Below are positions 49,526 to 60,989 of a DNA stretch of 64,000 nucleotides, piece after piece. This stretch comes from Rhizaria sp. SCN 62-66. Lineage: Eukaryota. The stretch lies in contig MEDY01000115.1 of assembly GCA_001724265.1 (NCBI GenBank), forward strand, positions 1 to 64,000. Reading direction: 5' to 3'. The notes under the pieces were generated by a model. It saw nothing but the letters and a program-made list of their open reading frames with translations, had not been told where the DNA came from and ran no database searches. How positions within the stretch are numbered: the stretch's first letter is position 1; every line of letters begins with the position of its first letter. The position numbers and the translations under genes were made by a program.

Positions 49526-50415
49526 TTTGCACGCAAAACAACAACTGGGCTCGTTGAACCAGCTGGGTACTGACAGCTGGTGTTACTGGGGCTCTAGGGT
49601 AGTCGAGTGTGATTAGAGGGTTGCAGTGAGGATGGTAGCACAAGTGAGGCGCCAAGGCGTGTGCCTTAGAGTTTAAGAAAACCCTAGCTGTGAAGACGGA
49701 GCTTGGAGAGGCGCAAAGAAACGCAGCAAGTGCTGCTGCTTGTTGCAAGTGTAGCCAAGCCTGTGGGAAAGCTGGTGCCGGGCACTTAGGGTAGTTGAAG
49801 GTGAGTGTCAAGTAAGAGCGCTGCAGTTGTAGCAACGATGACTGTGGTTGTTGTTGGAAGGCCAGAGATTGGACGGGGAGAAAATGCAGGATATGAGCAC
49901 ATAGAAGGCCATAGAATTGCATATACCAGGAAGGCGCAGAGACTATATAGAGCGTTTAATACTAAGTGACCAGCTAGAGCAGTATAAATACGTATTATCC
50001 CGGCATTGCGGCTGTGGAAATAGAGAGATGGGAGAGTCAGAGAGTGACCCTGGTTGGATATGAAGTGCTGGCCCAGGACGCTAACAGACACCGGTACGGT
50101 AATCATTTTAAACTAGAATATATTTTAGCTAAACTACACCATGTTAGTGGCGCTGTCGCTGTTTACGGTGAGGAACGCCGACTACGAGATGTAACTGGAT
50201 AACGGTTTGACCCCAACTTCAAATCGTGGTCGCCGCCACACATCGAGGCGCAAGGTGAGCGGCCGTGACTTTCACACCAAATCCTTCGTCCTGACACCAT
50301 TAGTTTATCCTGTCAAGAATCTCGCGCAATGTCCACGGAAGCTTTCTTTATTTTATTTTAACGGTCATTTCTCACGTCTCGATCTTTGTCCTCGTTTTGC
50401 CTCGCCCAGTCCCTC

Positions 50416-51196
50416 ATGGCGTCCCGCTCTGCGACCGAGACCGCTCCCGAGCACATGGTGAGCCAGGACCTGCTCACCCACGCCGTCAACGCTAGTATGA
50501 TCGATTACATCGATAAGAAGGTCGTTGTCACTATGCGCGATGACTGCCAGATCGTCGGCCGCATCCGGTATGTCCTAATTACCCCTCTTTACATCTCTGA
50601 TCGGTTGCTCAACTGCCTCACTCGCCACTCCACTTGATCCCCACTCATCATAACGCCCCGCCCCGCCCCGCCCTGCTTTCTTTCCACATACAGCACGTTC
50701 GACCAGTTCAACAACATTGTTCTCACCGATGCTTCCCAGCGCTACTTCTACAACGGCACTTACGCCGACAAGAGCGTTGGCTCCGTCATGATCCGTGGTG
50801 AGTCCCTCGCCTACGTCGGCGTCCTCGTACGTACTATTAATATGTTGCAAACAAGTCTAATCGTGCCCGAGGTCTTGCACACCTTATCATCCTTCTACCT
50901 TGCTAAACCTGTATGCATTGTCGTTCATGCTGTGTCGCTATGACCTATCTTAGTTCTCCCCTACGCACGCAACGTCTCACATCTCCACTCGACTTCTCTT
51001 CTTTCTTCTCCTTGTTCACCACGACTGCCTTGCACCCATATGCTGCGATTCGGCTCTCACTGGATATATACAGAACGAGCGCAACTATTCCTTCCGCGAG
51101 GTGACCAAGGACGCGCTGTTCCAGGCCCGCGAGGCTGCGGGTCTCCCTCCGCTCACCAAATCAACCAAGTTCGACGCCTTTAACGGCGGCCACTGA
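50416..51196 (+). CDS. LSM1: Sm-like protein LSM1, 135 aa; exons 50416-50567, 50694-50826, 51074-51196
   Basis: ASMIDYIDKKVVVTMRDDCQIVGRIRTFDQFNNIVLTDASQR..GSVMIRGESL, plus a C-terminal extension typical of Lsm1. TGA stop. Confidence 0.85.
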
Positions 51197-52657
51197 AGGC
51201 TCTTGAGTCTCTTGAATATAACTAATGTCGCCACTGAAGTTTCAACAATATCGCATTGTATCGCTGAAGTTGCTGAAACGGCTGACTTGTAGATATCTTG
51301 ATTCTGGAGGCGTTTCGGGACGAGATAATGCGAGTGCAACTTTATGAGAATGTGTTGACTGATATCGTGTTTCTTGTGGTCGGTTTCTGCTTGTCTTGGT
51401 GATACTGCTGTTGTATGTATCTGGCATTTGTTTGTTGTTGCAGTACTGATTTCACGGAATGAACCTATATGAGATCCAGGTATTGCAGTTACGAGCCCTG
51501 TTTAACTGCACAGCTTGCGTCCACTTCGTTACACTTTCCCTGAAGGCTCATGTATACCTACATTTCAACGTGTTGAGGGCCAGTGCCTCTCAAATCACAA
51601 CTCAACACTCACATCTATTGATTGGCAGAAACACGAGAAACCAACAAATACAAACAAATAACTAAATACCCCAAAAACGTTCACATACAATTCTGTTGTC
51701 TCTGATCGTGATTCGCGACGAGTAACGAATCTAGTTATCACGAATCTAGTGATCAAACATTTTGTGAACTTCATTAACTTACAATTCACATCCAAAACAT
51801 ATTTTTTTCGTTGTATTCTGTTGAAGTATTATGACCACATACCGTCACCCCATCTCACTTAGTTTCGACAAACACAGAGCTTCATACCCGCAATTGCAAC
51901 ATCACTGACCATCATCGTCACGTGCAACAGCATCAGGAGCAGCATTCGTATTGATTATAGCACCCGCACTCGCAATATACACATCGTTCTTACCTGAATC
52001 AACGCACGCTGCCGAGACGACACAACAGCAACAACAGCCGCTGCGCGACGCTGCGCTGCATTACGCCTTGTTGCGTCAATAGTGCCATAAAGTACTTAGA
52101 AGAGGTTCAATATTGAGTCCTAATCTCCCGCAACAATTTGCTTAGTTGATTCAATGGGTGGCCGCGCTGCTAGAGCTTGTTGCAGCTGCGGCAGCAGCAG
52201 CGGCGGCGGCATGCGCACCTTGATCTTCGCTTAGACCTGAAACACTCACGTCGTCGCCGTTATGTTGATCATTGCGATGATTTGTGATATTCATGGAGTC
52301 CATATGGCGCACTGATTCAAGTCTTCTTATGGGAGAGCAAGCAGACTTTGTGCATGCGCATATCGAGAATTCAAACAGGATGTATTCACACATCGTAGCT
52401 TGGCCATTCATGACTAAAACGTACGTACTACATATTTCCAATGAACAAGCAGAACCAGACAAACAATTTTGGATTACGCAGAAGCTAATCACGCCTTGTT
52501 AAAAATACATGTGACACTGCACACGTAGACACCTAAACACATCTAAGTAATATCGATATAAACAAAACAGCCTATCTTTAGCTGATACGGAAACGCCCAT
52601 GATCAACTCAAATCAACGTAGACTTGTCGACTCTCAATTTGAATCTGAAATGAGTGA

Positions 52658-55160
52658 TCACTTCCCACTGTTCGCGGTGTTTGCAACACTCGCACCAACC
52701 CCAGCGCCAGTGCCAGCGCCAGCGCCAGTGATGCCGGCGTTAGGCATAGGCGCGGACAGAGGCACAGTCGCGGACGCAACACCGCCCGGGAGCACCATGC
52801 TTGCCAGCGGCAACGGCGCCGCGGCCGCAGCAGCGGCACTCAGAGGCAGGAGAACCGGCGCGTGTGTGTGCAAAGGCCCCTGCTGCTGCGCTCCGGTGGC
52901 GGGAACAGCGTTCGCGCCAGCGTTCATCGGATGACTCTGCTGCTGCTGCTGCGGCTGCTGCTGACCCGGGTACTGCTGGTGTTGCTGTTGGCCGAAGGGA
53001 CCGGTAGGGAAGCCGGCCCAGGACTGCCCGTGGACACCCCGTACACCTGCCGCGTTCCCGTACGGGTACTGGCCGTACGCACCATAGCCGCTGGTGTTGT
53101 TGACGTTGTTGGTATTCCCGTTCCCGCTGGCGTTGGCGCTAGGGTCGACGTTTGTACCGTATACAGCAGCGCTGATGTGTGCGAACAGCTTCGGCGCCTC
53201 GCTGCGGTCAAATGACAGCTCCTGCTTAAGAAACTCCGGGTACTGAACACCTGCCAGCGCAAACTCAACGGGCACATACCGCATGCGCGCGGACCGGCGG
53301 GACGCAATGAGCTCCATCTTGATGAACCGCGCGGCGTCGGCGTCCTTCAAGCTCACCGCGTAGGACATCTTGTGGTAGCCAACGTCGGTGGGCTGCTTCA
53401 CTTTGAACCCGGTCAAACCGCGGTACGCCGCCACAACGTCTTCGAGAATGCCAAGCTTAACGGCGGCGGCGTCGAGCTGCTTCGCGTGCTGCTGCTGCGC
53501 CTGCGCGGCTTCCGCCTGCAGCGCCTCCGTCAGCGCGGTTTGCGTGTGCAGCAGTGCAGCGAGCTTCGACAGTTCTTCGTCCTTGGCGGCTGCCTGCTCA
53601 CGGTCGCGGCGCTGGCGTCCGGGGCTCGGCAGCGCGGCGCGATGCTGCGCGTTGATGCGAGATATGTGCTCCTTGAGTTCTGAGATCGTGCGTTCGCTCT
53701 CCGACTCGCGCGCGCGCCAGAGAGCTTCAGTACGCGTGCGTTCAGCGGCGACGGCGGAGTCGACGGAGGACTGCAGGGCTTCGTAACGGCTCGTAAGCTC
53801 GTTGTAAGCCTTCTGCAGCGCAATGTAAGCCGCGGGACTCGTGACACCCGCGACGGTACCCATGCCAGCAGCACCCGCACCAGAGCCAGTGCCGGCAGCA
53901 GCAGCAGGAATACCCGCGCGGAGATTGCTCGACGACAACGTAGAGGCGAAGTTAGAACCCGCATTGCCTGCGGTGTAGCTTGCGTTGTGCGCAGTAGCAG
54001 CGTTGGCGGCGGCCGAAGCGGCTGCGGCAGGACGAGGGCGTTTGCTGTTGAAAACGAGGCCACTGTCATCGTCCTCCACCGCAGCGCCCCTGATGCCACC
54101 ACCGACAGCGCTGGCACTACTGCTGCTGGAGCTCGAGCTAGCGTTGTTGTTGATGTCGCTGCGAGCGCGGGAGTTGGTGTTGGCCGCCGAAACGAGCGAA
54201 GGAACAATCGAAGGTGCGAGCAGAGTTGCGTCCAAGTCAACCGCGTTGGTATCATCGTTGCTCTCGAGGCTATCGCTAACGCTGGCGACAGCATTGAGAC
54301 TCTTTGCAGTGCTAGACACCCGGCCCTTAGCTGCCGCACTAGTGGCCTTGCCACCGCCTGTCACACTGGCACTGCTAGAGCTCGCGTTGTTGGTGGTGGT
54401 GTCTTGTTGTGAGCCGCCTGAGGCTTCCTGGGCGGCTTGCCTTGCGTAGAGGGCCTTCTCCTGCTCCGGCAGCTCAGCCCAGAGCTGCTTGATACGAGAC
54501 TTAAGCTCGGCCATGGTCAGCAGCGGCCAACGCTCCTTGCAGGGTCCGATGGTGGTGCTTGCGAACAGCGCGAAGCCGGACTCCGCAGTGTACAGCACCC
54601 TCCCCCCGGCCACTGCCCCAGAGGCAGTCGCAGCGGCATTCGCGTTGTCCGCCGGGGCGGGCGCGGGGGTCTTGCTCTTGATCGCGCTTGCAGCAGGTTT
54701 GCTCGCAGCAGCAGCCGCAGCAGCAGCGGTAGTTGAGGAGCGTTTGGGGCGGGACGGTGTGGCAGCGGCGGAGGCTGAGCTTGGCACGGCTGAGCTCGAG
54801 TCGCCGTTGCCGTTGTCGCTGTCTTCAGATTGCTCCTCAACAATGGGGGACGCGAGGGCGCGCTTGCGGCGGGCGCCAGGGGTGGCTGCGGCAGTGGCGG
54901 TGGTCGTCTTGGGGGTTGTAGTCGGGGTGACTGCGGAGTTGGCGGCCGAGGTGGAGCGGGCTGACGAGCGACGCGGCGCCCGGGCTAGAACGCAATACAA
55001 ACACAAAAACAAACCAGAAATACAGTGTGAGAGTAAGACATAAAGCAATTTATTATGTGAATAAGGTTTCATAGCGATAGAGAGACGTTGAGTTGAGAGA
55101 GTCGGGAAGGGGAAACGTACCTGACTCCGAAACCTTGGTTGAGGAGGAGCGGGTCGACAT
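52658..55160 (-). CDS. HMG-box + coiled-coil + Csm1/Pcs1 (monopolin)-like RWD domain protein, 788 aa; exons 55160-55121, 54984-52658
   Basis: HMG box SGFALF..MAELKSRIKQLWAELPEQEKALY; heptad region; C-domain YRGLTGFKV..MRYVP..YPEFLKQELSFDRSEAPKLFAHI, resembling the Csm1 pattern LTG..Y-P..P-YL-E-I-F----A-KF. TGA stop. Confidence 0.72.
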
Positions 55161-55749
55161 CGGGGCGCTCTGCTAGCGATGTACAGTGGATGTAGCTCAC
55201 TGCCAAGTAGATGGAGCGCAATATACAAGAGGGTGGTCGAGTAACCTGGTGTTGTTTGTGTGACTGAAATGCACGGTTAAGCACGTAGAGGGATGAAACG
55301 GAAGGCGTGATGTGAGACTGGAACAACGGATAGGTCAGCTGAGATTCAAATTATTGAGGGCTGTAGATCGTCAGCGAGAACAAAGATGAAGTATACATGA
55401 GAACGCAAGCATGCATGTTTGGATTTTTATATTATGATATCTATGAATGTGATTATGACGCTTAGGAGACAGTTCAAGTAAGCTGACGAGCGTTGTCCAT
55501 TTCGACTCGAAGCTTTTTCGCGAACCAGGGCCTAGCCCAAACCATGGAGACGAAACCGCTCTGTCCAGTTTCAAAACATCGCATATCTCTCCTTGCCTTC
55601 GTTATTTGTTTCTGCTAGATCACACACAGCAACGCAATTTGGATTTTCACATGATCACCTAATTATTCTCTCTAAAACCATGCCTATCACTCCCTGTGCT
55701 CACTCCTCTAACGCTGCTTCCTCGTTTTGTTCTGGACAGTCTCGACTCC

Positions 55750-56163
55750 ATGGCCGACGTCGCCCAGGCGCCCACCCAGCGCGGTCTCGCCCCCGCGCGC
55801 CCAACCCCCGAGGACCTCAAGACCTCTCGCACCATCCACGGTCACACCGGGCAGGCCCGTCCCAGCGTCCCTAACCCTAGCAAGCACTTCACGAACCGTG
55901 CCGGCACTCCCCTGCCGCCGCCCCCGCGTCCCGAGGCTGCTTCCCCGCGCCGCGCCGCGCCCGCCGCGGCCCCGCGCGCCGCCACGCCGCCACAGGCCGT
56001 CGACCCCGCGGCGCCGGTTGCGCGCACGGTTGCTGAGCCCGTGTCCGCGCCCGTCGTCGTCGAGTACAAGGCCGACCCCAACAGCAGTAAGAATGTGCAT
56101 GTCAACGATCGTAAACACCGTGGTGCTTCCCGCAACGTTCTCGGCGGCTTCTTCACCTCATAA
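55750..56163 (+). CDS. Small Pro/Ala-rich protein (137 aa) ending SRNVLGGFFTS, resembling the CFAP276/C1orf194-type C-terminus
   Basis: ATG 55750 to TAA; strongly C-ending codons; terminal G-SR---GGFF-S motif recalled from axonemal proteins (not verified). Confidence 0.65.
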   Translation: MADVAQAPTQRGLAPARPTPEDLKTSRTIHGHTGQARPSVPNPSKHFTNRAGTPLPPPPRPEAASPRRAAPAAAPRAATPPQAVDPAAPVARTVAEPVSAPVVVEYKADPNSSKNVHVNDRKHRGASRNVLGGFFTS

Positions 56164-56638
56164 ACGACACGATCGCACTATAACGCATGCCTGTGATTTG
56201 GCTTACGACGTGATTTCGTGGTTGTGAGTCAGTCTGTGCTTGTGGTTTCCGTCAAGTTCTATGCTGTGTGTCTCTGTGTCTGTCCTTTCGTTCTTGATTG
56301 TTTTTGTTTACAGCAGTTTAGCTTCTCTGTTTCTTTCCGTATACAATAGTTCTATTTCATTTTCGTTATCGCTAATAGTAGCAGAGTATGATAAGTGTAT
56401 TGCTTTTCAAACAGCAAATGATATACCCTGTAAGATAAGATAGGATCCACTCAGAATCTAATACTTGCCACGAGCATGGCAAATAGCTCACATTCACGTT
56501 GAAAAAAGCCCGTCTCTTGTCACGTCTAAAAGCAGTCAAGCTACACAGTTACACAGCACAATGCAGCGTAACTAAGCAATTTTGTCTGACAATTAGATGT
56601 GATCATTATCGACGGTTTTGAAAGAACGTTTGAGTCAC

Positions 56639-57974
56639 TTACGCCTGCTTGGCGAAGAACTCCATGGACGCAGTGCGGTTAGGCTTGATGGTGTCCTTTC
56701 CGGGCTTCCAGTTGGCGGGGCAGACTTCGCCGTGGGCGGCGACGAACTGGTAGCCCTGTAGATGCGAATATATACGCAATTGCGTATAGTCCAGCCAAGC
56801 AACAGACACAAAACAGATTTGATAGAATACGTGTTAGTTTCAGAATGGTTATTCGTTTTTGAGTATTTGAGTTCAAGATGAACCCAAACCAAGCTCAAGC
56901 TTTAACAAAGCACGAAGCGAGAATTATGAAGCTATCACAGGGCAGAAAACAATCGTCGCTAAGATAGATAATGGGATTCAAAAAAGAGTGTTTGCGGAGG
57001 ATGATGGCGTACCTGGACGAGGCGGAGGATCTCATCGACGTTGCGGCCGACAGCGGGGGAGTTGAAAGACGCGTGCTTCAGGGTGCCCTTGTCGTCGATG
57101 ATGTACGTAGCACGGCAAGTGAAGCCGGGGTCCATGAGGCAGCCATAGTCCTCGGAGATCTTGCGGGAGACGTCGGCCATGAGGGGGATGTTGAGGTTGC
57201 CGAGGCCGCCGACCTTGCGCTCAGTAGCCATCCACGCCTGCAGAGAGTCAAAGCAAAAAAAGCCAAATTGCCGCAATAGAAGCGAAAGAAAAGTATGAGC
57301 ATGAGCAATTTGACTGAGAATTTTGATTGAAAGATGGTTGAAAACAAAGCTAAAAACCTAAATCACTGTTATACATACACATCCGTATGATTTGAGTACA
57401 CAATCACGTTTCGTGAATGAGATTACAGAGATACATATCGTGATACTTGTGTGCGTACCTGGTGGACGTTCTCGGAGTCGATCGAGGCAGCGATGATCTC
57501 GCAGTTGGCAGCCTTGAAATCAGCAGCACGGTTGGAGAGCTCAATGATCTCGGTGGGGCAGACTGTGTAGATGCAGCGCAAAAGCAAATGAAGAGGGTTT
57601 GATATTGAATGAGGAGAGAAAAAGCGGTGGAAACTTCAGTATGGGTGCGCGCAAGCACGAAAGAGCGAAACGAAGGAACCTATCGAATGAAGAGATATAG
57701 CACAGTTAAATTAGCATGCAAGATAATGTAAATAGTGTAATTACGTACCGAAGGTGAAGTCCTTGGGGTACCAGGCCAGGACGACGTACTTGCCCTTGTA
57801 GTCATCGAGGGAGATCTTCTTAAGGGAAAGGTCGGGCATAGCAGCCATCGACTCGAACTTGGGGGCGGGAGCCTCGATCTTGGCCGCCTTGCCGAAGGAG
57901 ACGGCGCGGGAGACGGTGGTGATCACCGAGGAGGTGGGGAGCTTGGTGGAGATCTTGGAGACGGAGCGGAACAT
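56639..57974 (-). CDS. Typical 2-Cys peroxiredoxin (AhpC/Prx1), probably mitochondrial, 223 aa; exons 57974-57749, 57562-57459, 57237-57013, 56755-56639
   Basis: [41 protein letters not shown]; Ser/Thr/Lys/Arg-rich, acid-free presequence. TAA stop. Confidence 0.96.
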
Positions 57975-58607
57975 CTGCGCAAATCGGGCGTTGACGCAAG
58001 GGGGCAAGGTAAGTGACGGAGGATGACGATGAGGTCACGATTCAGCAAAACGAGTCATGGCATTAACCAATATAAACGGCTGTATCCAGACATATACATA
58101 ATAAAAATAGCAATTTGAACTCTAACAAATTCTATACGCGTCAAAATCAATCCAGTTCGATGGAGAGAATGAGGTCAAGTGAAGCTTGGTTAAAGCTGGA
58201 AAAATCGTCGTCAGTTGTGCCCTCGCTCGCGCTCGGTGGTCGGTTTTGGGGGTCTCGGTGATTGCATCACACTGAAGCTTACTAGGCATAACTTGAAGGA
58301 ACATTAGATAGACATGCATCGACTTAAATTGCCGGCCGGCATATAATTGAGCATCACAATTTTAAATGTTTTCTTTGGTTTTCGCTGCTTGAACTTCATT
58401 TTGTATGTTGAAAAACGTATAACTTACACTTAGCCTCAGAGTCCGCCCTCAGATAGCATCCTCACTCAAATCTAAACAACACTGCTCTCTACGCAGTCAC
58501 TTTCACTCACTCACATCATCAACGTATATACACAGACAACTATACCATGTGTCTATTTGTCGGATCTCAGGCGGCGACTTAAATTATTGCATCGCGGCTT
58601 GACTTGT

Positions 58608-60585
58608 TTAATCCTTGGTGATCTGGCGGCCAATGATGACACGCATGACATCGTTGGCACCCTCGAGGATCTGGTGGACGCGGAGGTCACGGACGATCTT
58701 CTCCAGGGGGAAGTCCTGTATATAACACACAAAAGACAACACGCAATTTGAAGCGATTCAGAGTTGGAATCGGATCATGACGGTCGAGACAGAGAAACGA
58801 GAAGAGAGAAGGTGAGATCCAAATGTGAAGAACTCCCGGGGACAAATACATATGTCACAATAAAAATGAATCACAAACGTGATAATACGTAAATACATTT
58901 AAACATTATATATAGTTCCGCATGTAATTATACCATTGAGATATTGCTGTTGAAAGATGAGAACACGTACCTGGAGGTAGCCGTAGCCGCCGTGGAGCTG
59001 CAGCGCGTCGTTGGCGACCTTGGAGCCGATATCAGTGGCGAAGCGCTTGGCCATCGCGCAGTGAAAGGTAGCCTCGGGCGCATCGGCGTCGACGAGCGAG
59101 GCGGCACGGTGAACCATGAGACGGGCAGCGGTGAGCTCAGTCGCCATGTCGGCGAGCTTGAATTGCACGCCCTATACTCACATAGAAACAAAGAATTGAA
59201 GACATAGATGTTAGTATATTTCTGTAACAATAAGAAACAGAATTTTGGTATAGATAATACATATTAATACTTAGTTTTAGTTTACGTATCGAGTATATAA
59301 TCAAGAAACACTTTGTTTTCGTAACCGTACCTGGAGAGTGTTGAGGGCAGCGCCGAACTGCTTGCGCTCAGCAGTATACGCACTCGCAGCGTTGAAGGCT
59401 GATTGGGCACCACCGAGCGACAGAGCCGCAATGTTAATGCGGCCGCCGTTGAGACCGTGCATGGCGGCGTTGAAGCCCTTGCCCTCGACACCACCGATAA
59501 GGTTCTCGGCAGGGACGACGACGTTCTCAAGGAACACCTTTAGAAGGCAACGCATGAAGTTGCATAAAGTGAAATTAAAAATAGAAGATCGTAACATTTC
59601 AAGCTTAAACTAGCACAGCACAAAGATATAGTAGCAATACATATGAATCCATCGCAATAAATTATGTCGATAGTCTATTTATGAAGATATATATGAAATG
59701 AGTGAACGTACCTGGGCGGTGGTGTGGGCGTGCCAGCCCATCTTCTTTTCCTTGGCGCCGAACGAAACACCGGGCATAGTCTTCTCAACGAGGAACGCGG
59801 AAATACCCTTCGCGCCGGGGCCGCCAGTGCGCGCCATGACGATGTAGTAGTCACTCTCACGGGCGCCAGAGATGAACACCTTCTGGCCGTTGAGCACGTA
59901 GGTGTCGCCCTCCTTGCGTGCGGACGTCTTAAGTGAGGCCGCGTCGGAGCCGGCGTCGGGCTCGGTAAGGCAGTAGGAGGCAAACTTGCTCAGGTTGGTC
60001 ATCTGGGGCAGGAAGCGCTGGCGCTGCTCGGGGGTGCCGAACTTGTCGATCATGTAGCTGACCATGTTGTGCACGGTGAGGTAGGCAGTGGTGCCGGGGC
60101 AGGCGGTGGCGAGCGCCTCAAAGATGAGAGCAGCGTCGACACGAGAGAGGCCCATGCCGCCGACGTCGTCGGCGATGTAGACGGAGGCAAAACCCATCTC
60201 GGCGGCCTTGAGGTACATCTCGCGCGGGAAATGACGCTCTTCGTCCCACTTGGCGACGTAGGGCTTCATCTCCTTCTCGGCGAAGATGATCGCGGACTCC
60301 TGCAGATACTCATAGAGCAAAACAAAATGTGGATATTTAGGTACAAGCTCTCGTACTGCATCATTCAGTCGTTTTTGAAAGGGATACTACTAGTGGGGGT
60401 TAGATAACGATAGGACGAACCTGGATAGAGCGCTGCTCGTCGGTGAGGCCGATGGTGGGGTCGAACTTCATGGCACGGCGCGCGGCACTGGCGTGGAAAG
60501 ACGCGGCCGCAGTCGCGGAGACGGCGGAGGATGCCTTAACGGCGGCGCGGCCGAGGGTGGACTTACTGAGGCGGGAAGCAAGCAT
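58608..60585 (-). CDS. ACAD8: Isobutyryl-CoA dehydrogenase (acyl-CoA dehydrogenase family 8), mitochondrial, 422 aa; exons 60585-60421, 60299-59712, 59537-59331, 59171-58971, 58715-58608
   Basis: [76 protein letters not shown]; mitochondrial-type presequence. TAA stop. Confidence 0.93.
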
Positions 60586-60989
60586 CTGTGGTGGTGTTCA
60601 GAGCAAGAAGGATATGAGGACGAGGATAACGAGAGTAGGGTGAATCGAGATACAGTGCCTACCACCATGAATTCGCATCATTTCATATCACCAATTTAAA
60701 GAAGTACTTAAATGAGTGTACCAAATCGCGCTACCATATCATCATGCGCAACGTCGGACGGTCAAGCGCGCAGCCTGTTTCAATCAAACGCGTGGGCAAG
60801 ACACGTAGGTGCACTCGTCGCCCTGCGGAACCGCGACTTGATTTTGAAGTTTCCATGCATACTGCTCGTTTTTCTCTTGAATACAATTAGATCATGCAAT
60901 AAAAATGATGGTTACATCTATATTCGTGTAAGTATAATCTAGATAACTTGATTAAAAAAGTAATACTGCTGAATGCAGCGATATATATA

